This document shows, one piece after another, positions 11,332-25,292 of a stretch of DNA of 64,000 bases (position 1 is its first letter; every line of letters starts with the position of its first letter). Source of the stretch: Eledone cirrhosa. Taxonomy: Eukaryota. The stretch covers positions 327,608,001-327,672,000 of the forward strand of contig OZ024743.1 of the NCBI GenBank assembly GCA_964016885.1, in the 5' to 3' direction. The position numbers were made by a program, and so were the translations under genes. Below the pieces are notes generated by a model. The model worked only from the letters and a program-made list of their open reading frames with translations, had not been told where the DNA came from and ran no database searches.

Positions 11332-11620
11332 TGTACCCCTTCCATACACATGTACACATGTGTGTATCATGACTCGTGCACTGTTCATTTTACTGATGTT
11401 TGTGCATTGCCCTATGTACTGTACATGCACTTTTTTTGATGGGTTGTGGTGCACCTGGGCACTGTACACAATATTTCATTATTGTTATTGTTATTATATC
11501 ATGACTCATACACTGTTTATTTTCCTGACATTTGTACATTATTCTATGTACTATACATGCACCTTTGATGAGTTGTAGTGCACCTGAGCACTGTACACAA
11601 TCATTTTATTATTATTATTA

Positions 11621-12465
11621 TAACCTGATCAATCAACTTAATGCCTCTATAGTTTTCTCTATCTAGGGCATCTCCTTTGCCTTTATAACAGTTTACGAGA
11701 ATGCTGCTACACCAGTCATTGGGTATGACACCATTTTGTATGACTTGGTTTACAATGCGAGAGACTATGGTGTGGCCCACTATACCTGAAGTTTTTAGCA
11801 TCTCAGCAACTATCCCTCAGAGGCCAGCTGCCCTGCCTGACTTCATATACTTGATCGCCTTACTTACTATACTACCGCTAACTTGTACAGCTGGTCCCTC
11901 TGTTGGGTCAACATGTGACAGACTGTCTTTATCCCATGCATTCTCCTCATTCAGTAATCTTTCATAGTGGCACTTACATGCTACCTTTTTTTCAGCGTCA
12001 GTGAGGGCAAGTTTGCCAAAATCATTTCTGACACACTTCTCTCCACTGACATCACAATTTTCCCTGACACACTGTCTAGCGATCCTGAACACCTCATATC
12101 TTTGATCCTCATGCTGCAAAACATGCTTAAATTTTTTGTTTTCTGCTTTCCTTCTAGCAAGGTAAGCTTGTCGCCTAACTTCTCTCTTAGCCTTCTGGTA
12201 AACTTCTCAGCTACCCCCACTTTGCCAATCTTTCGAAGCCTGTCTTTTGGCCTTAATTGTCTTATCTACTTTACTATTCCACCACCAAGTCACTCTCCGT
12301 CTCCCTAGAGACCTATTTCAGCCACAGATTTCATCTGTCACCTTCAGTAGGTTATCTTTCAGGAATTCCCACTGTTCTTCTATATTGTAAATCTCTATTT
12401 GCTCTTCTTTGCTGTCGAAGGCGTCGGTCAAAATACTTCTAAATTTGTCACTGTTTGATGGGTCT
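11621..12465 (-). mobile_element. RTE LINE, 5' part of the copy split by CR1
   Basis: ORFs 11601-11801 and 11817-12119 match the N-terminal part of the 1625 ORF. Confidence 0.9.
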
Positions 12466-14536
12466 TTGTATATATATATGTATGTGTATATGTAAATGTG
12501 GTTGGTGTTAGGAAGGGCATTCAGCCGTAGAAAACCTGCCAGATACAGTCCTATACGAATGAGACACGGTCACCTGATCAATCTTGCCTCAAGTGGGACA
12601 ATTCCCTTCTAACCCATGCTAGCGTGGAAGATAGACATTAAATGATGATGATGATATATATATGTGACAGTGTGTCATGTCTGTTTAAAATGCAGGAACC
12701 TGAATTTTTAGCATATTTTTGTGAAGGTACATGGTTTAGGGGCTAGAGTGTTCATCTCAAAGTCGTGAGTTTAATCCAAGGTGGCACATTGTGTCTTTGA
12801 GCAAGATACTTTATTTCATGTCTCCCCAGTTCATTCAGCTGGCAAAAATGAGCCGTACTTGTAATTCCAAGGGACAGCCTTGTCAACACTGTGACATAGT
12901 GAATCTCCTTAAGAATTATTTTAAAGGTGTCTGTCGAATGCTTAGCCACATGCATGATAAAGCAGAGGTTAGTGGGCTCCATGACAGGCTTCATATTCAT
13001 CTGGGGTTATTTTTATGGCAATGTTTTACAGCTGAATCCCCTTTCTGTTTCCAACTGTTTATTACATACATGGAATTGATATATCTATCCTAAACTGGAC
13101 TCACACTATGTAATTATTTTAACTCTAAATCCAATTAAAATCAAAGATCTGAATTTAATAAAATGTAAATGAAGACAAGATTAGATTAAGTTATTTTCAA
13201 ATGATCTTCTGATAGTCTAACATTTGATTCTGCTAGCTTCTCTTATGATTGATGAATAATTTAATCTATACTTGATTCATGTAATTTTGTCCTAAGAAGT
13301 TTGCTTTGTAATCGTAAGGTCCCAGATTCAGTCGTATAGCTTTGGGTGGACCCCAGGTTTGTGAGTGAAATTGAGTAGACAGAAGCTGTTTGGCAGCTTT
13401 TCACATGGACTGTATCTATAATTTAACAGGCCAGCAGTGTTATACATTGTGTCACACTGAATCTTCTCAAAAATTATGTTAAACTTACACTTGTCTGTGG
13501 AATGCTCAGCCACTAACATGTTCATTTCATAAGCAAGTTGTTTTGTTGATCAAACAACTGGAACACTTATCATCAGAACTAATGAAAGTCTATTCTATTC
13601 CACCTTTGTCCTATCAAGAGTGGTGTATGTTTTGTAAAAGGAAGGAGTAGATGGGTGGTGGGGGCATAATTTATAAATAAACATTTGTAAATAAAATTTC
13701 CAGTCTATAAGAAACATGTCCCTTTTTTTAAAGTGAAGCATTCATGAAGTTCATCTTTCAGTGATCCTTGTTATTCATCACATGTTATTTCAAGTTAGGA
13801 GACCAGAATAGAAGTGTAAAAGTTGACTGCTTATGACAAAACACATCCAACCAGAACCAGACTGCAGTGAAATCACACATTTGCCACTTTTGGTATTGTA
13901 TGAAACTACAACATAGTTTTGTAACGTATGCATTGATGTGTGCAAATTTAACAAACATATTGATGTTGCCTTTCTCCTATAAACTGAACTAGACAGTCGT
14001 CACTCTCTTACTATTGCTCAGCCACACACAATGATTGGTTAGCAACTGCTATCTTTCTCTAACCATTTTTGATTTGTGAGACAGGTAGACTGTCATGGCT
14101 ATCCTCTTACTCTCTCAAGTTTCTATAACATTTCCAACCAGTGACAGATAACGGTTTCTAATGATAGAAACAATTGGAAGTAGTTTATCATAGAGTAATT
14201 TGTTAGTTGTGTGATTTCCAGCAAACATTATATACTGCATTGACCATTTTGATGTAATTTCCGTCAATGACCTTCTTTAATGATTTGGTGAATTGGCAGA
14301 ATAGTTAGTTTTGATAGAATAGAGGTCTTATGGTATTTAGTTACTACCTTTTACTTTCTGAGTTTAAATGCTGACAAAGTTAAGTTTGCCTTTTTTCTTT
14401 CTGGTACCAGTCAAGTATTGGGGTCGGTTTAACCAACTTCTCAAATTTTGTCCTTGTGCCTGAGTTAGAAATCCTTAAAGATTTTCTTAGAGCTCATGAG
14501 TCTGAGCCATACAAAATGATGAATTCTACAATTGGA

Positions 14537-14796
14537 TTAACCCTTTATACACTAAACCACCAGAAGCTGCCCTTGCTTCTGATACAAAACTGCTTGTTTT
14601 AAAGTGTTTATATCAATTTAAAAACCTTCCATCATAATTTTATGTAACAACCTTTGATAAGTTCCAAACACCAGCTAAATAATGGGAAAATTAGTTATGT
14701 TACTAAATCCGTCTAAATTCTTCATTATTTTCAAAATTATTTGAAGATCATACACAGTGTCTTTCATTAGAAGAAATATGGTAACAAAAGAGTTAA
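14537..14796. mobile_element. TTAA-flanked piggyBac-type MITE
   Basis: ttaa|ccctt...aaagag|ttaa. Related copies at about 15125-15260, 26884-27118, 27247-27463, 32019-32190, 32557-32730, 35801-36010, 55524-55762 and 59244-59483. Confidence 0.65.
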
Positions 14797-14886
14797 ATAA
14801 TCTTGTCTTATTAGTATCTACTTTGATTGGAGCCTAATTAAATCTTTCAGTCATTAATTTTTTTCTTCTCTTTTTTTTCCATCTAG

Positions 14887-15022
14887 TTAAAAATAAAAAC
14901 AAGGATTCTCCTCCACAAGTAGGTCCTTATATTGTAAGACTTCATGTAGCAGACAATGGTGTTCAAGTACTGAATCATGGTGGTGAATCTAATATAATGC
15001 AGTGTATGCATGAAATAAGAAA
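14887..15022 (+). CDS. LRR gene exon
   Basis: Polypyrimidine tract plus ctag|, donor aa|gtgag. Reads VKNKNKDSPPQVGPYIVRLHVADNGVQVLNHGGESNIMQCMHEIRK. Confidence 0.75.
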
Positions 15023-15518
15023 GTGAGATTAATGTTATTAAACCTTTCATTACAATATTTCTATGAACATGTCATTTTAGATATATTGCTACATGAGGAA
15101 TGCTTATTCAACACCTAGCTAACCTTAATCCTTTCATTACAATATTTCTTATAAAAGATACTGCCTATGATTTTCAAATAATTTTGAAAATAATAAAACA
15201 TTTGAAAAGATTTAGTAAAATCATTAACCTTATTATTAAGCTGGTTTTGGAATCATAGCTTAAGAAAGGTTGGATGCCCTTCCTAACACCAACCTCATTT
15301 ACAGTGAGTGCTGGGTGCTTTTTCTCCATGGCGCCTACACGTCCACTTTACAGTGTGGGCTGGGTGCTTTTTTGCCGTGGCACCTCCACGATCACTTTGC
15401 ATTGGAATGATAGGGACCCCCAGTCCCTATCATCTCATTTCTACAGCTGAGTAAACTGGAGCAATGTGAAATAAAGTGCCTATAAAGTTAGCTTCAGTTA
15501 TATATATATTATATATAT

Positions 15519-18500
15519 ATCATCATCATCATCGTTTAACATCTATCTTCCACGCTAGCATGGGTTTAGACGGGAATTGTCCCACTTGAGGCAAGATTGG
15601 TTGTCTTGCTCGTATAGGACTGTGTGGCGGATTTTCTACGGCTGGATGCTCTTCCTAACACCAACCACGTTTACAGTGTGGACTGGGAGGTTTTTACCGT
15701 GTTACCTACACGGCCACATTACAGCGTGGACTGTGTGTTTTTTTGTTGTGACACCTACACCTCATTTATTTAGGAATGGATGTTGTGGCACCAACATAAC
15801 TTTACAGAGAAAATGGTGGGGATAGTGGGATGGGGGAGTATTTTTGGTTAGGAGGTGCCTACTGACTAGGTTTCGCTTTGTACATAGGCAAGACGCATCT
15901 TCTGTATTAATGCGTAGCGCCAAAGATCTCGGTCCAGTGACATTGTCTTGGAGAGGTGTAAGTGTGTAAGGTCGAAATTTATCAAATCGTCCCAGGTTTT
16001 TCTGGGTCTGTCTACTCCGTAACTACCATCTATTTTTATCGCCCTGCACTTTTTTATACAGCTGTCGTCTTTCATGCGCATCACGTGACCATACCAACGT
16101 AGTCTTCTCTCGAGTAAACAGCATCTGATCCCTCTTATTCCTAATTTCTCACTTAGTTCATTTATGCTTTGCCGTTCACAAATATTACTATTACAAATCG
16201 GACGCCATGCTTTCCAGCATAGTTACATCCCTTTACGATCTGAGTTCAAATCCCGCCGAGGTTGACTTTGCCGTTCATCCTTACGGGGTCGATAAAATAA
16301 AGTACCAGTGATGCACTGGGTAATTGCTGGCCTTGTGCCTAAAGTAGAAACAATTACTATTACACATCCAACGGAGCATGCAAGCTTCGTTCCTCTCCAG
16401 TCTGCGTAGATCCTCTGCACACAATGCCCAGGTCTCACTGCTATGTAACATTTCTGTTCGTATGCAGGCATCATACAGTCTGCCTTTCATTTTTAGAGAG
16501 AAATCTTTAGCGGCCAATAGTGGTATAAGCTCTCTGAACTTTTTCCATCCCGTTCTGACTCTAGCGACTGTACTTTCAGAGCACCCTCCACCACTGCTGA
16601 TTTTGTCACCAGGTAACGGAAGGTGTCCACTATTTCTCTAGAACCATCTGGGCAATGGAAGGAGCTAGTATCCTGTGGGCACTTGCTACTACTTATTGCA
16701 CCTGAGCACCGGCCACATATAAAATCTATGTTCTTAGTTTACCTGTGATCCCACTACATCTTTTATGCACCCATACTTTGCATTTGGGACATAAAATGGA
16801 GTTTCTGCCTACTCCTTTCCTACACACTGAGCTTGGCCATTTCCCAGAGGAGACCAGTGCCTACATACTAGAACTTTAGTCTTAGACAAGTTAATTTTAA
16901 GGCCTTTTGATTCTAGGCCATGCTTCCAAGTTTGGAATTTCTTCTCTAGTTCAGCCATTGATTCAGCTATGAGCGTTAGATCATCTGCATATAGAAGTTC
17001 CCATGGGCAGCCGGTCTTGAACTCCTCTGTTATAGCCTGAAGGGCAATAATAAATAGGAGTGGGTTCAGGACAGAGCCCTGATGAACACCGACTTTTACG
17101 CTAAATTCTTCACTATATTCATTGTTAATTCTAACCTTGCTGACTGTTTCTTTATACATGGCTTGTATAGCTCTCACGAGCCATTCATCAACACCTAGTT
17201 TTCTAAGAGCCCACCAGATAATGGAGCGGGGGACTCTGTCAAAGGCTTTCTCCAAGTCAACAAAAGCTAAGTATAGGGGTTTACTTTTAGCTAGGTACTT
17301 CTCCTGTAGTTGTCGTACAAGGAAAAGAGCGTCTGTGGTACTTTTACCTGAAACAAACCCAAACTGTATTTCATCTAGATCAATTTTCTCTCTGATTAGT
17401 TGCGCTATAATTTTTTCTGTGACCTTCATGACCTGGTCAATTAATTTAATGCCTCTATAGTTTCCCCTATCTAGGGCATCTCCTTGTAGCAATTAATGAT
17501 GATGCTGCTAAGCCAGTCATTTGGTATGACCCCATTCTGTATGCCTTGGTTTACTATCCGGGAGACCATAGTGTGTCCCACCGATCCAGATGCTTTCAAC
17601 ATTTCAGCAACTATCTCTGAAGGCCCAGCTACTTTGCCTGTCTTCATATCTTTCAACTTGCACTGCTTGTCCCTCCATTGGATTGATTTGGGGCAGACTA
17701 TCCTTTTCCCACTTATTCTCCTCATTCAGTAGCCTCTCGTAGTGACACTTCCAAGCTATCTTCTTATCAGTATCAGTGAGGGCAAGTACACCATCATCAT
17801 TACGTACACACTTCTCCCCGACAATATCACGGTTTTCCTTGACACATTGTCTAGCAATCCTGAACACCTCACGTTTTTGGTCCTCGCATTGTAGAACATG
17901 CTTGAACTTTCTTTCCTCTTCTTCCCTTCTTGCAAGGTACACTTGTCTCCTGGCTTCCTTCCTGGCCACTTGATAGTGTTCTCTACTTCCCCCATCCCGC
18001 CATATTTTCCAAGCTTGCTTTTTGGCCTTGATTGACTCCTCCACCTTACTGTTCCACCACCATGTTACTCTCCTCCTGCCAATAGGTCTGCTCCAGCCAC
18101 AGATTTCATCTGTCGCCTTCAGCAGGTTAACTTTCAGGAATTCCCACTGTTCCTCTATACTGTACATCTCTAATTGCTCTTCTTTACTGTCAAAAGCATC
18201 AAATAGTATGCTTTTAAATTTATTACTGGCTGTGGGGTCCTTTAACTTCCATATTCTTCTTCTCAGGGTAGTCCTCCTCTGTTGTCGAGTACGTCTCGTC
18301 CTGACTATGAGGTCACTAACTATAAGGCTATGTTGGGAGGTGCATTCTTCACGGGGAGGGATTTAGTGTTTACAACCGACACTTTGTCACATCTTCTAGC
18401 AAGGATATAATCTATCTGACTGGCGTGTTCCCCTGATCTATATGTGATCAAGTGATTGTCTCGTTTTTTGAAGTTTGTGTTGCAGATAGTTAGGTTATTT

Positions 18501-18850
18501 GCGTCACAGAATTCCAGAATTCTGAAGCCTTCCTCATTTCTGGTACCAAACCCATAGCCTCCATGGATTCCGTCATAGCCATCACAATGTTGTCCAACAT
18601 GACCATTTAAGTCGCCAGCAATAATTATGTAGTCACTGTCGGTTAGTTGGGAGGTAGTGTGCATTAGCAACTCATAGAACCTATTTTTTATAACGTCAGG
18701 TAGGCTAGATTGGGGTGCGTAAGTGGATATTATTGTCACAGTAGTTCTATTTAGGACAAGTCTTATTTTGATTATTCTGTCGTTCACTCTATTTGCATCA
18801 ATTACCTTATCTACCCATTTTTCGGCTAACATAATTCCTACTCCACGTAG
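15519..18850 (-). mobile_element. RTE LINE, near full-length degenerate copy (APE, RT, PHD)
   Basis: APE motifs GVG, YAPQ, GDLNGH, SQIDY in ORF 18320-18910. RT ORF 16809-17492 has YADD. (cat)n tail at 15519; several frameshifts. Confidence 0.93.
16196..16352 (+). mobile_element. SINE (Meta/MESC-like core) inserted in the RTE with a 12-bp TSD
   Basis: TSD attactattaca at 16184-16195 and 16353-16364. B-box gagttcaaatc; core gactttgccgttcatccttacggggtcgataaaataaagtacc. Other copies at about 14285, 22010-22335, 33325, 38563-38748 and 61010-61260. Confidence 0.85.
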
Positions 18851-18907
18851 GACATAAATAATATATATAAACATACACACACATACACATATATATATAT
18901 AAATATA

Positions 18908-19068
18908 CACAACAGGCTTCCATGCAATTTCTGTCTAACACATTTCATTCACAAGGCATTAGTCAACCAAAGGCTATACTAGAAGACAATTGCCCAAGGT
19001 GTTGCACAGTGGAACTGATCCCAAAACTACAGGGTTGTAAGGCAAACTCCTTAACCACACAACCATGC
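18908..19068 (-). mobile_element. tRNA-derived SINE, second family
   Basis: Conserved ttgggcaa(g/t)tgtcttcta.tatagc...gccttgtga block. Copies at about 31083-31230, 35385-35530, 36735-36890, 50975-51120 and 56245-56380. Confidence 0.7.
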
Positions 19069-19526
19069 TAAGAAAAACTAAAACTAAAAAGATTTTCTGT
19101 TTTTCCTGGCAGTTATCTACTGCTAGGAATTACTGATGCAAGCAATCAATGAAGGAAAATTGCTCAAATGCGATTCGAACATGTCCTTGATTTGACTCAT
19201 CGAGTAAAGAGGGTCAGAAATAGGCCATGGAAATTGTCCCTCCATTCCAAATAAACTTTTAAAAACTTTTTCTCTTAGAACACATTCTTTATAATTGGCA
19301 TATCGACAGATTTGTTTGGGCATCGGATTAAATGCCTCTGTATTTATTCCAGTCCACTACACTGATTTCAAATCAAATGTTACAACCAGCAGATAGTATC
19401 AGTAATAGAAAAACCAATGGAACATTGTTTCCTTAGTTTAATCAGGACTTCATTTCTTGTTTTTATGATGTCAAGCTAGATCAAAGATGATATTGAATAA
19501 CTAATTATGAAAATTCTAATTTCCAG

Positions 19527-19633
19527 GTTGATAAATTTTTCAGAAAGCTTAAAGGAACTAAACCTCTATGGCAATCACATTGGGAATCTCGGAAGTCAGA
19601 TATTGTTGGAATCTCTCCAAGCAAGACAGAAAG
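19527..19633 (+). CDS. LRR gene exon
   Basis: ttccag| ... G|gtatt. Reads LINFSESLKELNLYGNHIGNLGSQILLESLQARQK, a classic RI-type LRR. Confidence 0.8.
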
Positions 19634-21484
19634 GTATTTATTAATCATCCTAATTTTATTCAACAAACAAATGGTCTGTATTAACTCTTAATATCTTGTA
19701 TGGTATGAAACTGCATGAGCAAGACATTTTTGAAGAGTACAAAATAACACTGATTGCATCACATTCAAAATTTAAGTCTTTAGTTTACTGCAAATTTTCA
19801 CAAAGGCCTGTCCACAATAACGATACAATAAACATTTGAATTAACAAACATGTTTTTAAATGTTTGCTGCTAAATCTTTTCAGGGTATTAAGAGTTGGAA
19901 TATATAATGTTTATGATTTGTAAAATAAATAAATCAATAAAAAGGAGTCGGAAGGAAGAGAAAAGAAAGAAAAAATCAGATGTGCACAGTTAGTTATACG
20001 CTACCTCAGGGATTGCTGGTATTGCCTTCTGAAAACTTTAGAGGCAAACCAAAACATTATTGTAGGTGATAAAGCCAAGGCTCTGGTACAGCCAAGCACT
20101 CTCATGAGCATCACCTATTTCAGTAAGGCTGGTCGCCAATGTTGATAGTTAACTAGATACTAAAATATCTTCCATTTCCTTTAAAAGTATTTTTCAAATG
20201 TATTTTCTCTTAAATTTTTCTGTAGGTAATGGTATGATTTTTTTTAATGTTTATATATCTATAATTTTTCATTATCAGCATTTTTTAAAGTTCACGTTTC
20301 CTTGCTTACATGGGTTGGACAAGATCTTGTTTCTGGCAACCTTTGCTGCCCTTCAGATGCCAACCCATGCCTTATTTTAAATATGACTCTAATATTTTAT
20401 TGCACTGCAACACTGCCAGATATGTTATGGGGGACATAAACAATTATCACCACAGGCTTTTAAGAGTGTCAATATGACATTCACATATTGCCATAACAAA
20501 ATACAAGAGATGTAGTGGGATTGCAGTCAGGCTAATGGAAGAGAGAGACTTACATGCAGCAGATGGACAGGGGAAGTGAGCACAAAGAGTCAAGAACAAG
20601 CTGGAAGAAGTTTAGAGATCTATTAGCGCTGCTAACAACAAAATGCTTTTCTCTCGGAGTGAATGGTAGACTGTATGATGCAACATACAATGTGGCCTGA
20701 CCCGCCTCCATCCTTTCCACCACCACTCACTAACAGCTATCCTCAACACCACTACACTACCCTGACCGCACACATGCCATGCCCCCTCCCCACACACACA
20801 CACACACAACTAGCTGCCGCCCACTTGTGAAGTGGTTGGTGTAGGAAGGTCATCCAGCTATGGAGGGCTTGCCAAAAAAAGGGTTAGGAGGACCCTTCAG
20901 TTGTTTCAAGGTATGCCGGTCTCCCTAGTGTTTGGTGATCTACATGATGTTCCCAGTATATGCTGTAAAATGGTTGGTGATAGGAAGGGCATCCAGCCAT
21001 AGAAGGCTTGCCAGACAAAGGGATGGAAGGACTCTCAGTTGTGTCAAAGACATGACAACTTCCCCTGTGCACTCAGTAGAATGGCATCAGCTGTAGAAAT
21101 GAGGCTAAATATGGAACATATGAGCAAGATAATGGGACAAATGTTTTCTGTCAACATTGTTGTCTATCTGTCTTCCTTTCTTTCTCTCTCTCTATATATA
21201 TGAATGGTATCCAGCTATAGAAACCAGACCAAAATGGAAGACATGAGCAAGACATAGTCCGCTGACCTGTCAAATCTCAGTGACAACTGATCTAACCCAT
21301 GCTGGCATGGACAATATATGTAAAGTGTTGATGAGAAATCCACAAACTTGGCTTTGATTAAAATTTGGTGAAGAAACTATATTATCTATTCTGTCCTTAA
21401 GAAAATTGGTTATCTACTAGTACTAAAACAATGATGATGATGAATTAAAGCATTTTCTTTTAAAAGCTCTATATTTTTTTCTAG

Positions 21485-21609
21485 CAAAATTGCCTCCCAT
21501 ACAGCTGCAATCTACAAACAGAATCTGTTTACCAAATATATACATACCTCTTCGAAAACTGAGCTCGAGAAAGAAAAAAAAAAGAAAAACAAAAAGAAAA
21601 AAATGGTAA
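21485..21609 (+). CDS. LRR gene terminal coding exon with basic tail
   Basis: ttttttctag|. Reads AKLPPIQLQSTNRICLPNIYIPLRKLSSRKKKKRKTKRKKW*; phase matches the previous exon. Confidence 0.7.
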
Positions 21610-23987
21610 TGGGGTTTTACAAAATTGATTACCCCCCCCCCATCCCAAGTCTTATCTTTCTTCCTCTTAGGGTAGAAAAGGCTGTTCATTTGAGTCAATG
21701 ACCAACAACTTTTCTAGTGCCTGTGTCACCCAGTACACCCTATAAGAGGGTTAGTGATAGGAAGGGTATCTACTTGAGACACTATGCCAAAAAAGGGTGG
21801 AGGGGACTCTTCAGTCGTGTCTAGGGCATGGCAATCTCTCTACTGTTGGTGGCAACATAGAATGCTCCGGGTGTACTCTGTAGAGTGCAGGAATGTATGT
21901 AAGCAAGATGCAAGTCCCTGGTCCATCTGAGAGATCAGTAATACTGATTAAGTACTGACTTGGCTGTACTTGGCCAAACCCTTGCTCATGGAAAATTTGG
22001 CATTATATGATGAGTTCAAATCCCGCCAAGGTTTACTTTGCCTTTCATACTTACGGGGTCGATAAAATAAAGTACCAGTAATGCACTGGGTAATTGCTGG
22101 TCTTGTGCCTAAAGTAGAAACAATTATTATTTAAGAATGGGGTGGTGGATTGGCAGTATCGGTAGAAGGTCGGACGCCATGCTTTGCAGCATAGAGTTAT
22201 GCCCTTTACAGTCTGAGTTCAAATCTCATCAAGGTTAACTTTGCCTTTCATCCTTACAGGATCGATAAAATAAAGCACCAGTAATGCACTGGGATAATGA
22301 CTTGCCTTGTGCCAAAAAGTAGAAACAATTATTATTTAAGAATATTTTGGTGCCTATATAATCCTTATTCCATTTTTTCATTTATTTATTCATATATAAC
22401 CAAATGTTGGTATCATGGTAGAGACAGGCAGCCTACTCTGTAAAATGGTAGTGCAAGTGCTACTATAAAATGCATCTAGCCCATGCTGTAAAGTGGTAGT
22501 GTTGGTGCCACAATAAAATGCACCAAGCCCACACTAACGTGGTAATGCTGGTACCACGATAAAATGCACCTTATACATGCTGTAAAGTGGTTGGCATTAG
22601 GAAACACATTCAGCTGTAGAAATCATACCAAAATGAAACCTATGGAGAAGATGTAATCATCTGACCAGTTTAGTTTCAGAGCATAAAAAATGGGTGTAAA
22701 ATGGTGACAATAATGATGATAATATATAACGCAAGATCTGCCTTTCAACACAAGTAATTTAACACGAAAAGTAGGTGTGATGAGAGAGTGGAGATTACAT
22801 GGAATGTAGGTTTCTTTAGCTTGTAGTGGATGAGATAACCTTCAGTTACAATGGAACATTCTCAGTACACGTTCCCTCATAAAGACTGACACAGAGGAGA
22901 CTTTTCAGATCTGTTGAGTACCTGACAACCTCTCAAGTGTTAATGCCTCAATAAAGTGCTCCCAGTACACTCTTTAAAGTGGTTGACAATTGAATGGAGA
23001 CATTATAGAGTAGAGAAGACTCTTCAGCTTGCCAAGTACATGATAACCTTTCTAGTACTGATGCCATGGTAAAATGCACTCAGTACACTTTTTCAAGTGG
23101 TAGTGCAGCCCACTCTATAAAGTGTTGGGTGTTAAGCAGGGCATCTAGCAATGGAAACCATGAAATGATGATAACTAATTCTTGCTCATATGCTCTATAT
23201 TTCAACCATTTTACAGAGTGTACTAGGTGCATTTTATGGCACCAGCCCTAGAGAGGTTATCCTGGACTCAGCAAAATTAAAGAGAAAATTTCATAAGTCA
23301 ACATATAATTTGTATGTGTCACAAAATAGTTTTAGCTCAGTGCTCTGAGGTCAACTTTGCCTTTCATTCTTTTAAAGTTGATAAAGTACCATTCAAGTAC
23401 TAGGGTCGTGTCTTTCTGTCTGTCTTTATCACTTTCTCTTGAAGAAATTGTAGTGCTCAGGCTTAGAAAGGGATGGACTCCACCAAGTTTTTAAAATACC
23501 TACGGCACACTGTATGTCAGGATGTTGCTCCTTTGAATCCATCTGGAGTTAAGAGTCCTTTCCTTTTTCCAAATAACTACTATCCTCTATTATAAAATAT
23601 TTTTTCGTTTCATGTAAGATTTGTCTTTCTTTCAAATTCCATCTATTGTATCTCTTCTTTTGCAGATAAATTTGAATGACTAGAGAAGAGCAAACTTTCT
23701 AAATAAAAAATCACACATGCATGCACACAAAGTATGGAAATGTATAAGTTAAAATTGAAGTATGCTGGTGTGATTGTTATTTGTAAGTAAATATTTGTAA
23801 CATCTATCTAAGGTTTTATAAATCTGTAAATATATAAGAACCACCAATCTAAAATATACCTTTCTGAAAAAATCCCATGAACTAATAAAAATGTTCTTTT
23901 TGGGGACAGGGAAAGATTTTTACCATTTTAAGATTAAAAAAAATTCAAGAAAATAATGTTAGCATGGAAGCAAATAGGATTTTTAGC

Positions 23988-24020
<33 letters not shown>

Positions 24021-24543
24021 GTGTGTGTATGTGTGTTCGTCTAATTTGATGGGATTTGTTGTCAGAGACCATTTAGCTCAATGGCTAGATCACTCAGTCA
24101 GAATTTGAGGTACAGAGTTTGATTTTTTGTAGTAGCTCCTGGCCACTTTTTTCCCGTCTATAGGAGTATTTCAATTGATTTTCTAAGTTATTGTTTGTAT
24201 CAATAGACTGTAGCTACAGTTATTTTCTACATTTGGGATTCCTACATCTTCTAAGAATATATATATAAACATACCTCTTGTTAGTTATGGAGTGGGAAAA
24301 AGGAGATAAGCTGGAAGCCAGGAGAAGATGGACAGTGATTTGTACACCATTGCTGATCTACCAAGGTTATAGATCAGAGTTGAAACATCCAATGAATGTT
24401 GGACACTGTCTGATGACATGTTCTCCTGGCATCTTAAGAGGTAATTATCCCACATATATTTTTTTTACTTGAGTATGATTTTGTATATGAATGAGTCCTT
24501 TATATTTAACCAGATGTAATTTATATATATATATATACACATA

Positions 24544-24850
24544 CCTTGCAATCGAAAGGTTGTGAGTTCAATTCTCAGACCGGGTGATGTGTTGTTTCCT
24601 TGAGCAAGACACTTTATTTCACATTGCTCCAGTTTACTCAGCTGTAGAAATGAGATGATAGGGGCTGGGGTCCCTATCATTCCACTGCAAAGTGGTCGTG
24701 GAGGTGCCACGGCAAAAAAGCACCCAGCACTCACTGTAAATGAGGTTGGTGTTAGGAAGGGCATCCAGCTGTAGAAATCAAGCCAGAATCAGTTCCCGTC
24801 CCACCCTTGCAAGCAGGGAAAAAGCGGACGTAAAATGAAATGAAATGAAT
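24544..24850 (+). mobile_element. SINE with RTE-derived 3' tail (5'-truncated)
   Basis: Near-identical to 39936-40288. Confidence 0.85.
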
Positions 24851-25112
24851 ACATCATCGTTTTCATCCTAGCATTGGTTATATATGTGCAAGCATAGAAA
24901 ATAGATGTTAAATGGTGATGACAAACACTCATGTTTGGTGATATTAGATGTCTTCCATTCTGTCGTTTTTATCTTTTTTATTTCCATTTTTTAAATATTT
25001 TAGAATTTACTTCATAACAGGCATCAGAAAGTTTCATTGGGTAAGAAACTTTGCAAAGTTAATTTCAGTAGAATGCATACAATTAAACACAACTGATGTT
25101 AAAAAATTAATG

Positions 25113-25292
25113 GGAGAAGGCAGACACACTCATTAGTCCGCTACAAGGGATGCTGGAGATTGTCTTTAATAATTTTGAGACATGCCAACACAATCACAGC
25201 ACTGCCATGGGTGATAGCGAGGTTAAGATGCTGAAATAATTAAGCACCATCTCAGGCATCACCTGATACGTCAATAAGGTGAGCTGTTAACA
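25113..25292 (-). mobile_element. CRE-clade LINE 3' end fragment
   Basis: Decayed LFQHLNLAITHGSAVIVLACLK, similar to LFQRISLAITRGNAASVLACLK at 42.7 kb. The 3' UTR resembles 51203-51260. Confidence 0.65.

Larger units (their letters stand above)
7106..11620 (+). mobile_element. CR1/L2-group LINE, near full length
   Basis: ORF1, an intact APE-RT ORF2, a 3' UTR with an approx. 125-bp tandem duplication, and an (att)n tail. The flanking RTE reading frame rejoins across the insertion (LIDQV|MKVTER). Confidence 0.93.

Noticed and set aside
23666-23900. Additional coding exon of the LRR gene
   Set aside because: Good acceptor, but splicing from tg|gtaat gives an immediate stop. At most a 3' UTR exon, and unsupported.
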